Of a DNA stretch of 64,000 nucleotides, positions 20,793 to 32,101 are shown in pieces. The stretch is from Andalucia godoyi And28 (Eukaryota > Protista > Jakobida). The stretch lies in the NCBI GenBank assembly GCA_009859145.1, contig VRVR01000042.1, positions 85,384 to 149,383 on the forward strand. Reading direction: 5' to 3'. Under the pieces are notes generated by a model. It was not told the DNA's origin. It saw nothing but the letters and a program-made list of their open reading frames with translations, and did not search any database. The position numbers and the translations under genes are program-made. Every line of letters begins with the position of its first letter. Position 1 is the first letter of the stretch.

Positions 20793-21998
20793 ATGATCTA
20801 CACGGAAACGCCGGAAACTGAAGCTTCGGGATCGTTTCATGGTGACGACAGCTTGTCTTTGCTGCCTTCTTCATCGGATCTGCTGTCCGATCAGGACGCA
20901 AGTCTGCCTCACGACCTACCGCTCCCTTCGGATGCCAGTTTTTATGAGACCGAGCAGAAAACCAAGATCTCTTCGTACTCCTATGTCTTGCTCTGTGTGT
21001 CACTGCTTGCGGTCTCGTCTGCGGGGGTGGTGTTCCTCTTGATCCGCGACGTGTCGCCTTTCTTGCGGGCGGCGTGGCGTATGCAAGTGACGTCGTTTGC
21101 TCTGCTTCCGCTGACGATGTACAATGCGGCTACGTTCTTTTGCTCAAAATCATCTTCTGGACCCGAATTGCGATACAGAGAGTATCGACTTGATGACCAC
21201 GAGGACATTTTCGATGACCGATCATCGCCTGTCGCAAAAGCCACCGCAGTTACATTTTTGTCAAAGTTGTCTCTGGTTTTCTTGACTGTGCTGAGTGGCG
21301 TTGCACTGGGTCTTCATTTTGGGACCTGGATCTGGTCACTTGACCACACATCCTTGTCTGCATCCCTCCTGTTTGTGACCGCACATCCCATTATTTTATC
21401 GCTGTACAAAATGGCAAAGCAGCATTACTGGGATTCAAAGGAGTTTGCTGGATGCTGTATTGCGATGATTGGGCTTGTCATTACTTGTCTGGACGGCCTG
21501 CTTGAGGATGACTCCGAAATCACCTTCTCCGGGAACCTTGTGGCGTTTGCTGGTGCTGTACTCATGGCCGTCTACCTCACAATTGGCTCGGCGGTTCGGC
21601 CGCAAATTCCAAAACTTTCGTTCTACGTGTTTCCCATCAACTTCATCGCAATGACAGTGCTGTGGATTGCTTCCTGCGCTGCCGAAGTGCCCTGCGTGGC
21701 CTGCCTGGGGGAGTGGACAAGTCCAACCAACCGCATGCTTGCAGTGCTTTATCTGGGACTTGTGCCCGGCATTCTCGGGCACACGATCATCAACTTTTTA
21801 TTGAAACGAGTCCCCCCTTTGATGATTTCTGTCACTCTCTTGTTTGAACCACTGATTGGCTCTGTGATGGGCTGGGTTGCAGGAGTCTCGCCGGTCCCGG
21901 GGCCTTTTACGTTGATAGGAGGGCCGATTGTGCTGGCGGGGTTCGTTGTCGTTAACGTTCGTATGTCGAAGCATGATGCCCCGTCAGCTGGTACTTGA
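20793..21998 (+). CDS. EamA/DMT-family transporter
   Basis: About 10 TM in two EamA-like halves; HFGTWIWSLDHTSLSASLLFVTAHPII; GHTIINFLLKRVPPLMISVTLLFEPLIG. Confidence 0.9.
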   Translation: MIYTETPETEASGSFHGDDSLSLLPSSSDLLSDQDASLPHDLPLPSDASFYETEQKTKISSYSYVLLCVSLLAVSSAGVVFLLIRDVSPFLRAAWRMQVTSFALLPLTMYNAATFFCSKSSSGPELRYREYRLDDHEDIFDDRSSPVAKATAVTFLSKLSLVFLTVLSGVALGLHFGTWIWSLDHTSLSASLLFVTAHPIILSLYKMAKQHYWDSKEFAGCCIAMIGLVITCLDGLLEDDSEITFSGNLVAFAGAVLMAVYLTIGSAVRPQIPKLSFYVFPINFIAMTVLWIASCAAEVPCVACLGEWTSPTNRMLAVLYLGLVPGILGHTIINFLLKRVPPLMISVTLLFEPLIGSVMGWVAGVSPVPGPFTLIGGPIVLAGFVVVNVRMSKHDAPSAGT

Positions 21999-22060
21999 CT
22001 TAATTAGAGGATCGCTTGTTAGAGCGTCTTTTTCCCTCATCATTTTTTTCCCTGGTGAGC

Positions 22061-22069
22061 CTAGGGTTA
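22061..22069 (-). promoter_or_regulatory. Telo-box-like motif (CTAGGGTTA on +) upstream of RPLP2, within a probable 5'UTR intron starting GTGAGC at 22055
   Basis: Reverse complement of the 9-mer upstream of RPS15. Confidence 0.4.
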
Positions 22070-22229
22070 ACAGGGTTTTGGCGCACGCATTCCTTGAAGG
22101 GCATTAATTTCCTGCGTTTTGCCTTTTCTTCATGCCTTGTCTCTTTTATCTCGTTCGATTCCTCTTGTTCGGATAGATTTCGAGTGTTCCTGCCCGCCGT
22201 GCTTAGATCAGTCACTCGTCTCCCTTATC

Positions 22230-22565
22230 ATGAAGACCCTCTCTGCGTATCTCCTTTGCATGCTCGGTGGCCAGAAGCAGCCTACTGCTGAGTCCGTCAA
22301 GAAGGTTCTTGCCTCAGTCGGAATCTCCGCTGATGAGGACCGCATTAACACTTTGATCTCCGAGCTTAAGGGTAAAGACATCGAGGCCGTTATTGCCCAG
22401 GGTAAGACCAAGATGGCATCTGTTGCCGTTGCCGCCGCCCCTGCCGCTGCTGCCGCTCCAGCCGCCGCTGCCGCCCCCGCCAAGAAGGACGACAAGGCCG
22501 CCAAGAAGGTTGAGAAGAAGGAGGAAGAAGAAGATGGTGATATGGGATTCGGTCTCTTTGACTAA
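22230..22565 (+). CDS. RPLP2: 60S acidic ribosomal protein P2
   Basis: [14 protein letters not shown]...[16 protein letters not shown], Ala-rich hinge, C-terminal [13 protein letters not shown]. Confidence 0.97.
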   Translation: MKTLSAYLLCMLGGQKQPTAESVKKVLASVGISADEDRINTLISELKGKDIEAVIAQGKTKMASVAVAAAPAAAAAPAAAAAPAKKDDKAAKKVEKKEEEEDGDMGFGLFD

Positions 22566-22857
22566 ATTCTAGATGAAGTCATTCCTGTCATGCGTCGGAT
22601 GGACTGCATTCGCATTCTGACGGCGGTGTTTCGTTTGTAAACGTCTAGATTGTTCCAGGTGTTTTTTAATTTTTTATTATTACCAGGGTGCTTCTCGCCT
22701 CCCCTCCTCTCGTGTTCTCGCTGTCGCTGCGTGTCGGTCTTTCGATCGCGCTCCATTTTCTACACAAGTGCACCAAACGGGGCAGCCACCAGCACTTCTC
22801 TTGACACACAAAGAACGAGGCCTTTCTCCATTTCATTAACAGACTTTTAAAAAACAA

Positions 22858-24756
22858 TTATTGCTGATCCTTAATCGAGGATGATCCTTGTGCCCAGGCA
22901 TTTTGAACCGGACGAGATGCCGGTCTTCCGGGAACGTACATGTTCCATTTGCCTGTTTTCGACTTTCCATTGTCCTTTTGTTGGAAGGAATTCCTGTCGT
23001 GTGGAGACGAATTCGTACTCGAAGACGGCGCAACCGCAAGAGAAGGGAAGTCGGAAGCAGAATGAAACACCGGATACGAACCTTGGGGATCCGCAGCGGA
23101 AGAAGACGGTGCAGTGCTCTTACCAACCACCTGTGACACCCATGGAGACGGCGACTTGCCAGCTTCCGAATTCGAATTCTTCCCGGCTAAGGTAGGCCAC
23201 GCATCTATGTTGGAAGACGTCGCTCCTGAGCGAACGGTATTCCCCCAAGGCCCAGAAGTTGACTGTTGCGCGACAGAGCTGCCAGTCGATGAATTGGTTG
23301 CAACGACTGAAGGAGCCAAAGGAGGATGGTCCGCAAGACGAAGAACAGCGATCCCTTCTCGAGCCCGCTGTTCGCGTTCTCTGCCCTTCAATTCCTTCTC
23401 ACGTTCCTCCTCGATAACAAACTTCAGGTCGCCTCGTTGCTGCTCATTGGGACAGCTGTCAGCAAGGTCTCTCAGGATTTCAAAAGAAATTCTTCCATCA
23501 AACGACTCCTGCACAGCCTTGAGGAAGGTGAGAGCATTACGAACACCCCGTCGGTAGTCGGCCGCAAAAGCTTGAAATCGCTTAAATTTTGCTTCATCGT
23601 TGTCAAGAGCGCTGCGAATCTTCTGCGACAATGAAGAGCTACCGTCTGCATCTGACGTTGCACTGTGGGGTCCTGCACTGTTAGAAGAAGCTGTGGCGGT
23701 TGAACGTTTCTTGTGAGATTTGGAAGACGGGGCAACAGCATCTCGCGACTGGGACTCAAAGTTTCGCGCAGACGCATCCTGAGGAGTAAATCGATCTCCC
23801 GCTACAGGTGGCTGCCGAGACATCATGGATCGATGAATGTCTTCGCGGGACCGCATGGGCATGTTCAGATTCGCTACCGACGTCAGATCTACAACATCGT
23901 GGCTATTTCGATTTGTTCTCCTCTCACGCCGTCTTTGAGAGTCATCGGCCGAGTCGGAAGACGATACGATAAATCCCAAATCCAACTTGTTTCCAACACG
24001 TCCTTCATCATGGACAACAGCCATGTGCGTACGCAAATCAGCTTCCGACGCAAACACACTGAACTTGTCATCCTGACAGCTCTTGACTGGGCATGGAAAG
24101 TGATCCTCATTAAAGTGCTTTTCAAGCTCCGGAAAGCCTCTAAAGTACAAGAAGTGTACATTCTGTCGTTGGCATAGGAAACACTGCTCATGCTTTCGGT
24201 TCATGTGCTCAAACAACTCATCCTCACTATAAAAATATTCTCTGCAAAACTTGCACTGGGGATGACCCTTGAAGGACGTTTGCACAGACTCATCTCCACG
24301 ATTTTTGTGATGATTCAATTCCCGGTCATTGAACAAAGGAAGTTCGCAAATGAATTTCTTTGACGAGCGAGCACACAATTCGCAGTACTGTTTGTGGTGC
24401 ACAGCCTTAACATGATGCTTGAGACCCTGCACACCCTCTTGCTTCTCGTGGCACTCTGGACAAGCAGTAGACTTGAGTTCCTTCACCAGATCAAAAATCT
24501 CTCTCGAGTTGCAGTAAACATTAAAGCTGCGCTCATGAATGAGGGAGGGCAGTTTGTATGATGCAAAGAGTGCAGATTTGTCTGCAGAAAGCACCACAAC
24601 AGGAAGATCTGCCTTGCAAATGCAGCATTTCGTATCTCGAGATAGGATGCGAAGACGAAGTGAACACTTGTAGCAAACTGAATGGTGGTTGCATGGTCCG
24701 ACAGACACGATGCTCATTTCCTCACAGCAAACAGAGCAGTGTGTAAGGTCTTCCAT
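22858..24756 (-). CDS. ZNF598: ZNF598/Hel2-like RING E3 ligase (ribosome quality control)
   Basis: N-terminal RING CSVC...GPCNHHSVCYKCSLRLR...CCIC, followed by C2H2 fingers including FKGHPQCKFC...DELFEHMNRKHEQCFLC. Start MEDLTH at 24756. Confidence 0.93.
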   Translation of the reverse strand: MEDLTHCSVCCEEMSIVSVGPCNHHSVCYKCSLRLRILSRDTKCCICKADLPVVVLSADKSALFASYKLPSLIHERSFNVYCNSREIFDLVKELKSTACPECHEKQEGVQGLKHHVKAVHHKQYCELCARSSKKFICELPLFNDRELNHHKNRGDESVQTSFKGHPQCKFCREYFYSEDELFEHMNRKHEQCFLCQRQNVHFLYFRGFPELEKHFNEDHFPCPVKSCQDDKFSVFASEADLRTHMAVVHDEGRVGNKLDLGFIVSSSDSADDSQRRRERRTNRNSHDVVDLTSVANLNMPMRSREDIHRSMMSRQPPVAGDRFTPQDASARNFESQSRDAVAPSSKSHKKRSTATASSNSAGPHSATSDADGSSSLSQKIRSALDNDEAKFKRFQAFAADYRRGVRNALTFLKAVQESFDGRISFEILRDLADSCPNEQQRGDLKFVIEEEREKELKGREREQRAREGIAVLRLADHPPLAPSVVATNSSTGSSVAQQSTSGPWGNTVRSGATSSNIDAWPTLAGKNSNSEAGKSPSPWVSQVVGKSTAPSSSAADPQGSYPVFHSASDFPSLAVAPSSSTNSSPHDRNSFQQKDNGKSKTGKWNMYVPGRPASRPVQNAWAQGSSSIKDQQ

Positions 24757-25106
24757 TCCTATTCTTCTTTGTAAAATATAACCAGCCTTGGGGATTCGGT
24801 TTCGACACAAGTACTTTGAAGCGGTGTAGCGAAAGGGGGAAAAAAAAGAAAACGGAAGCAGAAGTTGTAAAGCACGCAAAGCTATGAGATTTTCAGACTA
24901 TAGAAAATCTGCAATCCAAAACACGCCTTTCCCCTTTGTTTTTGCTTTCTCATAATGATTCACATTGGCAGCATCAAGGCTCAAGCACCCCGAGTGTTCA
25001 AGTCGCTCGAGCACTGTCAGATGTCAAGTCCGATTCTAGACCATTCGAACCTTCCATTTCGGCTGTCAAAAGAAACTGCGAGCTCGGAGCGTTTGGAGTT
25101 CAAAGA

Positions 25107-25186
25107 CAAGGAGGCAAGGAGGCAAGGAGGCAAGGAGGCAAGGAGGCAAGGAGGCAAGGAGGCAAGGAGGCAAGGAGGCAAGGAGG
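25107..25186. repeat. Perfect 8-bp tandem repeat (CAAGGAGG)10
   Basis: Directly visible between ZNF598 and the 4-TM gene. Confidence 0.95.
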
Positions 25187-25303
25187 CAAAGGGATAAAGG
25201 AAACTCGCTGAGCATCCCAGATTATCCGGTGTACTGTTGTGAAATACGGAAACCGCACTGGCCGAATGAATAGAACAGTGATCGTGAACGGGCGGAGAGT
25301 AGA

Positions 25304-26041
25304 ATGAAGGTGATGATGTTTACATTTATTCGCAGACGTTCTGCGTTGTTCTGGCTGACGGTATTGTGTGTCGTTCAAATTGCACTCGTTGCTGTTGCGT
25401 TGGGGACTTCGCAATGGTTTGTTCGCGCGTCTTTGAAACCAATGAGCTCAAAAGCGAATGTTTACGAGGCGGACGACGGTTCTCGGGCGCAAAATCAAGC
25501 GATCGGTGTTTTTCGAGGACAGTCGAATCTCGGTTCATCAGAGCTCATTTCCACGACATTGGCAATCGACAATATGAAATCCAATTACGATTCTTTGTTT
25601 GAACGCGGTGTCTTGGACAGCGATTCGTTGCTGAATGACTGCGATCGGATCCGCGATGCTTCTGTTTTCGCCATTGTAATGTGTCTTGCGGCAATTGTTT
25701 GCTGGGTTGCGACCCTTGTCTTTATTACCATGTCGCACTTCATCGTGCGTCTGAACCACATCAAGGTGTCTTTGCTTGCCTCTCTGACGCTTTTTACTTC
25801 TCTAGTGATTGTTCTCATTACTCTCATTATTTATAGCGGAATGTTTCCTCGTAGAATATACTCTTTTGTGCAGGTTTCCACGAATATTCCAGTACAGGTC
25901 GATTTTGACGATGTGTTCTTTGCTGGTTATTCGTTTTATCTTGTTTGCGTCGCCTTCTTCTTGTCTGCAATCTCATCCACTATCGCATACGCATGGTATC
26001 GGAACCACATTTGGATCAGTAAGGGATCTCCCCTTCAGTAA
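25304..26041 (+). CDS. Four-TM claudin/PMP22-superfamily-like membrane protein
   Basis: TM1 ending ALGTSQW, long first loop containing a GVF (~GLW) motif, three further TMs, GYSFYL before TM4. Confidence 0.65.
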   Translation: MKVMMFTFIRRRSALFWLTVLCVVQIALVAVALGTSQWFVRASLKPMSSKANVYEADDGSRAQNQAIGVFRGQSNLGSSELISTTLAIDNMKSNYDSLFERGVLDSDSLLNDCDRIRDASVFAIVMCLAAIVCWVATLVFITMSHFIVRLNHIKVSLLASLTLFTSLVIVLITLIIYSGMFPRRIYSFVQVSTNIPVQVDFDDVFFAGYSFYLVCVAFFLSAISSTIAYAWYRNHIWISKGSPLQ

Positions 26042-26106
26042 TATAGAAAAAAATAATAATCGCACTATTATAGTTTAAACGTTCTGCACACTAGTCTCTC
26101 GGTTCA

Positions 26107-28317
26107 TCAGGAAAACATGTCCTTGTACGGCTCTTCAGAAGGTTTCTCGCTATCAGACATTCGTCGAATATCCTGTCCGTCCCTCAACATGGAAGCCCGG
26201 TCCATTTGATCCAGCAACTGCATCCACTCCGGTACACTCGATGATGCCGCAGCAGCGGCGGAAGACGCCGAGGTCGACTCCCGCTCTGCCGTTGCATCCT
26301 GTTTTGGTGCCGATGGGGGTGCCATTCTCGGTTGAGCAGCTTGCGACGGTTGCACTGCAGAGGGGGCTGGCGTTGATGGCGTGGACGCAGCCGGTTGGGT
26401 CGATGCAGCACGCGGAGCCACTGCAGCAGGCGCCGCCGCGGGCAACGGACTAGAGGATGCAGATTCGGCATTCAGCGTGTTGTACTGTCGCAGAAGGTCA
26501 TGGTCGTCGGACATGCAAGGCGGATTTCGTGCACGAGGGAAGTCTGCAACACGCTGCAGCGTAGCGGAAAAGGAGCGGAAACCTGCCATGAACGGCGATG
26601 TCGCAAGCGTGACGCCCATCATGGACTGCAGCATGTTGTCAAACAATGTTTCCAGGAATAAAACAAATCGATCACGACCGACTTCGTCCCGAATTGCGGA
26701 AATCAATCCAAAGAGTTCTGCGTTCAATTCTTCCAAAAATGATGCATCGTCCATCTCTCGAGCTCGATTGACAAACAAGGAATATACGTTGTACAAACCA
26801 CCGGTGAGAAGACCTCGCACGCGGGCTCGATTGAACCAAGAATACGCGTACACAGAAGATCCCGCAGGAGGAAAGAAATCCTCAGCAGCCTCACGAGCCG
26901 CAAGAGCAATTTGTTCATTGGTCATCGAAGCACGATTTCCAAGAATCGTTTCACGCACTTGATTTCGCACACGTGCTAGCGGCTGGAGGTTACCTTGAAC
27001 CACAGAAAACAAATCCGACACGGTCAACGAGCCGTCAGAGATCATGTTCATCAGACCTGGGGGTAAAATGCCGGATCCCTGCAGCCCTTGCAGTACAGCG
27101 TTCATTGGGTTGACAGCGGTCATCCCAGGAACATTCAAAGGAACCCCACCAGCAGCTCCAAAACTCTGCGCAAACCCTTGCATAATTTGCTGCAACGGCA
27201 ACTGTTGCATGATGCCCGTTAAGTTGGGGATCACAGCGGCAAGAGGATTCGATTGCTGCTGTTGCTGCAGATTTTGTTGCCCATGCGGCGCGGGGGGTTG
27301 CCCTTCGGCATGCATCTGCATTGATGGATTCTGAGCACCTCCAAACATCTGATTCATTGCATCCATTAGCGGGCCCTGGACAGCAGAGAGAATCGAACCC
27401 AAGTCAGACGCATTTGCACCATTTGCCACAATTGCAGCTCCTGCTGGTATCTGGAATGCCATCATTGAAGGAGCCTGCTGCGGTTGCTGAGGCTGAGGCT
27501 GAGGATGGGGCTGAGGCGGCTGTTGCACATTGCCGCCGTGCATCGCTTCGAATGGCGAGACCGGATGTTGTGACGTAATGAACGACCCTGGGGGCAGACC
27601 AGAGTTTGCAGGTGCAGGCATTTGCGTTCCTATCCACGGCGAATTCCACACTCTGACCATTCCAGCCATCCGATACGGCAACTGATCCAGCTGGTCTTGG
27701 GTTCCATGAAGATGTAGCTGCACGCCGGTGATGGGTGGTAGCGAAATAGGTGGCAAGTTGATTGGTTGGCTCGCATTCTGCGGAGGTCCTTCGAACCTGA
27801 ATCGAACCTGAGCAGACGGTTGTTGTTGTTGTTGTTGTTGTTGTTGTTGCTGCTGCTGCTGCTGTTGTGTTGGATGAGACTGCTGCTGCTGCTGCTGCTG
27901 CTGCTGCGGCTGAACAGGTCTGACATTCACGTTCACATTCAGTGCTGCAACAGGGCGTGCCGACTGGGCAACATTTCCGAGACTGGAAGATGCTGCAGGC
28001 GCAGGTGCAGGTGTGGGCGCGGGTGCGGACGATGATGGCGCAGAAGAAGACGAAGAGCCCGGCTTCGAGGTATCGGCGCGAACAACAAGATGCACCACCT
28101 TGCCATCCGAAAGGCTGGGATACGACGAAATAGGCTCATCGTCCTGGAGCACCTTTCCCTGGAAAATAAGACGCTGCGACTCGATGGGAACTCCTGATGG
28201 ACCAGCAATCAGACGCTTCAGCTCCGCAACACGCATTGCCGATGCGACCTTCTGGTCGAACGTACGACCATCAATGAGTTTCAGCTTGATGGAAAACTCG
28301 GACATGTCCAGCTTCAA
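26107..28317 (-). CDS. N-terminal ubiquitin-like domain protein (BAG6/ubiquilin-like) with polyQ
   Basis: SIKLKLIDGRTF...QRLIFQGKVLQDD...GKVVHLVVR; polyQ from CAG/CAA repeats at ~27827-27906; Q/P/N-rich middle. Confidence 0.85.
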   Translation of the reverse strand: MKLDMSEFSIKLKLIDGRTFDQKVASAMRVAELKRLIAGPSGVPIESQRLIFQGKVLQDDEPISSYPSLSDGKVVHLVVRADTSKPGSSSSSAPSSSAPAPTPAPAPAASSSLGNVAQSARPVAALNVNVNVRPVQPQQQQQQQQQSHPTQQQQQQQQQQQQQQQQPSAQVRFRFEGPPQNASQPINLPPISLPPITGVQLHLHGTQDQLDQLPYRMAGMVRVWNSPWIGTQMPAPANSGLPPGSFITSQHPVSPFEAMHGGNVQQPPQPHPQPQPQQPQQAPSMMAFQIPAGAAIVANGANASDLGSILSAVQGPLMDAMNQMFGGAQNPSMQMHAEGQPPAPHGQQNLQQQQQSNPLAAVIPNLTGIMQQLPLQQIMQGFAQSFGAAGGVPLNVPGMTAVNPMNAVLQGLQGSGILPPGLMNMISDGSLTVSDLFSVVQGNLQPLARVRNQVRETILGNRASMTNEQIALAAREAAEDFFPPAGSSVYAYSWFNRARVRGLLTGGLYNVYSLFVNRAREMDDASFLEELNAELFGLISAIRDEVGRDRFVLFLETLFDNMLQSMMGVTLATSPFMAGFRSFSATLQRVADFPRARNPPCMSDDHDLLRQYNTLNAESASSSPLPAAAPAAVAPRAASTQPAASTPSTPAPSAVQPSQAAQPRMAPPSAPKQDATAERESTSASSAAAAASSSVPEWMQLLDQMDRASMLRDGQDIRRMSDSEKPSEEPYKDMFS

Positions 28318-28789
28318 TCGCGCACTATCTCTTCAGAACTCTGAGAACCTGAGACACCAGTTATAAAAAAAGAAGAAGAAGACGAAGGAGAAACAAACAG
28401 AATTAAAATAATAAAAAAAAAAGAAACTGGAAAACAACAACAAAATCCTTGGAAAGTCCAAACAGCAAAAGCATTCTTCATGACCTCATACTGTATACAC
28501 CCTGCACACATGAAGATTGAAAGGATGTGCAACGTGGGGGTTTTCCAAAGGGAAAAGAAGCTCCAGTTGATGCTTGATGCTGCAAACTGGAATTTTCACT
28601 TCAAGTGACACCATTTCGCTTGCTTCCTTGGAGACAAAAAACCAAAAACAAACGCACCTCTGATAAGCATTCAAAAGTGTCCAATATGCTCATCTCGTTG
28701 TCGTTTAATTTATTTTTATTTTTATTGCATTTATTTTTCTACAAACTCATTATCAGTGTCCTTATTGGTACTGTTTTTGTCACCATCCC

Positions 28790-28821
<32 letters not shown>

Positions 28822-29042
28822 GTAATATTAATATTCGCCAGCAAAGCCATTGTGGAACGCTTTCTGCAGTGTTTCCTGTCGACGTCTGTGCTGCACCGTC
28901 ATTCTTTTTTCTTGCTTTCCCCTTTCGATCACTGAACAGAAATTGATACATTCGCCAAACGAGAAGGCAGTCAAATCTGGACCGGAATAGGCACCAGGCA
29001 CCGGAATTACAGAATAGGAAAGGAGAAAGAAAAACAGCAAGA

Positions 29043-29510
29043 ATGTCACAGTTTCGTAATATTTCAGATCTCGTGGATCCGTCGCAGCTTTCGTGTCTGA
29101 ATTGCAAACAGCAGCCGACATCGTCGACGCTTTCTTGTGTGTCGGATGTTGATGAGCAATTGCTATTACATGTACCTTTTCAACAGTTCGTCAAAGTCCA
29201 TTCGTTTGTTTTCTCTGGAAATGCTCGAACAGTGCAAGTGTGGGTGAATAAGATGAATATGGGTTTTGAGGATGTCGACCGAGACCCCCCGTCGCAGGAG
29301 TTCTTGCTGTCAGGAAAGTCAAACGAAGAGGTTCTCAGCGTCTTTGTTCGGTTCCAAAAAGTGAGTTCTCTGACATTCTTCTTCAAGGATAATATAGATG
29401 ACTCAGAAGTCACCAAAGTGGACAGAATCATCATCAAAGGAACACCGGTTGACACGACAAGCATGAAAGACTTCAACAAACAGCAACCGAAAGCACCGGG
29501 ACAGGAATAG
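29043..29510 (+). CDS. PITH-domain protein
   Basis: SDVDEQLLLHVPFQQFVKVHS, MGFEDVD..PSQEF, RFQKVSSLTFFF...TKVDRIIIKGTP. Confidence 0.9.
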   Translation: MSQFRNISDLVDPSQLSCLNCKQQPTSSTLSCVSDVDEQLLLHVPFQQFVKVHSFVFSGNARTVQVWVNKMNMGFEDVDRDPPSQEFLLSGKSNEEVLSVFVRFQKVSSLTFFFKDNIDDSEVTKVDRIIIKGTPVDTTSMKDFNKQQPKAPGQE

Positions 29511-30340
29511 CCAGCAGAAATCTCTCTCTCTCTCTCTCGTTTTCCGCCCCGGCCACCGTCTGTTTCATTCAGTGTTCATGCATCAAAAAGATAAAGAATT
29601 ATTTCAACCCCCCAAACCAACAACAACAATAATAATAATAAATGCAAATGAAAGTGAACAGCAATTTTGCAGCTTTATACCTTTCCTCCCTCCCTCCCTC
29701 CGGTGGCATGGGCGTTTCTCTGCAGAGCACTGGTGTTCTCCTGTGAAACCAAGCGCGGTGAATCTCAGCACGCACAGCGAAGGAAAAAAGGCCTCTTTCC
29801 ATGTCGAGCATCCTTCGCCCTTCTCGTCAGAGATGAGTGAGCTGGACTGCGAGCTGCGTGATCCCAGGCTGGAAAAAGTGTGCTGCGGAATGCGGGGGTC
29901 GGCGGACACACAGGCAAGGAAGAAAAATAAGACAACGACCGTCGACGTCTGTCGAGCGACATCACATGCGACAATGTTTTTGTTTGTTGCACAAGAAAAA
30001 ATAATGCTTGATGCTAGCAATGCAGGAGCCTGAATGGAAACAGCTGTAATGGATTCCTAGATTGACCGTTATTTTCGTATCCCCAGATTCCCTCTCACGG
30101 TCTCACTCCAGTTTCTGCTGGTTTCACCAATTCCATTAGCAATTTTTTTGCACAGTGCGTTGAACATTGACCCCATTCTTCGTATCGTGAACATTCACCA
30201 ACCGACGTTTTGCGTGATTGTGTTTGATATTGTGCGTGTGTGTGTGTGTGTGTGTGTTTCGCTCCATTCCTGTTTCTTTATTTTTTCGAATATTCGCTTG
30301 GAGAAGAAGCAAAGCAAAAAAGGAGCAAAGAAGGCGGAAG

Positions 30341-32101
30341 ATGAGTGTTCTTCAGCATTCTGAAAAAGAGAACATCCTGTTTGAAGCAGATGAAGAAGTG
30401 GTGATGTTCCGAAGAGTCCGCCAGAGCAGTACGAATGTCGTTGTCAGTTCTTGTCCGTCAACAGGAAAAGATCCGTCGACTCCAGTGCAGATCCGTCCTC
30501 GTGGGGCGTTGCGGCCGCTGAACCAAATTACTCCGTCGGTCTACGATTTCATCCATACTCCGAAACGGTTTTGTTCAAAGGAGCCAAGAAGAATAATTGA
30601 AGAAGCAACATATTGGCGTTCCACATTGTCGATTCAAAGATGGTTCCGGCAGCGATTACTTGTTTTGAGCTTGTTTCAAAGTATGAAACGGTCTTTCAAG
30701 ACATTCAGAAAGTCGATCGTTTCCATGCAACGGATTTGGAAATCAAAGCTGATGGTTCGGAATCTGAGGATTCAGCGTCGCAAAGAGCTGGATTCATTCA
30801 TTGCACTTGAACGTCAGCAACAACGAGAGCGCTGCGTGTCTCTCATTGCTGCTCTTTGGAGAGGCAGGGTTGCCAGGAAGGAGGCTCAGCGGCTGAAAGA
30901 TTTGAAGTCAAAAATGAGGAAAATCGAGACGCTAAGGGAAAAGATCTCGAGAGCTGGAGCAGCCGCACCTCTGGTTGCACCACAGCCGTTTCCTACGTCC
31001 ACTGCGACCTCTCTCCCAACCAGTTCATTCTTGAGCATCGACACTGGCAGTAGTAGCAGCGGTTCGTCGTTCAACGCCGCAGACGATCTTGCATCGAAAC
31101 GCGCAGAATTAGCAAAACTTCGCGAGAAGAGGCTCATGCTTCGAGCGATGCGTTCTGGAGATGGCGGATCCGCGTTTTCTGCGTATCAGCCTGCATCTTC
31201 TTCAGCCTCCTCCTCCACCTCCTCTTCATTGCCGTCCTATTCGAGCATCTCAGACATAGCGGTTTCGTTTGGGTCTGCCTCTGACTGTACCAATGCGTCT
31301 CCTGCTTCCTTCCATGATGACCTTTCTGCCAGCTCTTCGTCCTGTCTCGTCACAGCGGCTCCTGCTGTTCTGATGCCTGCGTACAGAACCGGTGCTTCGT
31401 TGCTTACCTCTGGTGCATCGCCGTCTCGAACCTTTGGAGGTGTGCGCATTGTGTTCATGAAGGATTCTTCCAACGGATTGCTGTCTCCGGTGTCATCTCA
31501 AGAAACAAGTTTGACCCCACTCGCAAATGCACTCTCACTTCATCAAACCCCGATGTTTGCAGTAGCCCAAGCTCCTGAAATGGAAAACGGATCGTTCGGG
31601 GACGATCCCATTCTTGCGTCATCACCGACACACGGCGCAAGTCCCATGGATCTCGATCCGCTTGAAGTCCCAGCACTGTCAAGCTCTGATGCAGTGTATG
31701 GTTCTTCGAAGAAGCGTTCGAAAAGCAGTGGCAGAAGAGTTCGATTCAACGACAAGGAACTTGAACAAGTGCAGTTGTACTCGTTATATACAGATCCGAC
31801 CGTTGCTGGCTACGAAGGATCCAAATTGTCCACTCCGAGCAAGAAGAGTTTGAAGCTGGTGGAGCGGAAGGACGTCGCAAGTGTTCCGAGAGCGATTTTG
31901 CGCCATCTTTCGCAGAGCGACCACGACATGCTGTCACTTGCAAACACGATCCATAACAAGAAGTTGATCGCTATCGAAGCGGATCACGTGGCGTTTGGAG
32001 TTCCAGACAAGGACGACGAGCTACGATTTCTCCGAAACACGTTCCAGAGAAGGAGATCGCTTGTCGGCGAAATCCTCGATCACATAGAGGACTTTTGGTG
32101 A
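30341..32101 (+). CDS. IQ-motif protein with Ser-rich region and RVxF-like motif
   Basis: IQ-like SIQRWFRQ, SMQRIWKS, LIAALWRGRVARK; RRVRF near C-terminus. Confidence 0.8.
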   Translation: MSVLQHSEKENILFEADEEVVMFRRVRQSSTNVVVSSCPSTGKDPSTPVQIRPRGALRPLNQITPSVYDFIHTPKRFCSKEPRRIIEEATYWRSTLSIQRWFRQRLLVLSLFQSMKRSFKTFRKSIVSMQRIWKSKLMVRNLRIQRRKELDSFIALERQQQRERCVSLIAALWRGRVARKEAQRLKDLKSKMRKIETLREKISRAGAAAPLVAPQPFPTSTATSLPTSSFLSIDTGSSSSGSSFNAADDLASKRAELAKLREKRLMLRAMRSGDGGSAFSAYQPASSSASSSTSSSLPSYSSISDIAVSFGSASDCTNASPASFHDDLSASSSSCLVTAAPAVLMPAYRTGASLLTSGASPSRTFGGVRIVFMKDSSNGLLSPVSSQETSLTPLANALSLHQTPMFAVAQAPEMENGSFGDDPILASSPTHGASPMDLDPLEVPALSSSDAVYGSSKKRSKSSGRRVRFNDKELEQVQLYSLYTDPTVAGYEGSKLSTPSKKSLKLVERKDVASVPRAILRHLSQSDHDMLSLANTIHNKKLIAIEADHVAFGVPDKDDELRFLRNTFQRRRSLVGEILDHIEDFW

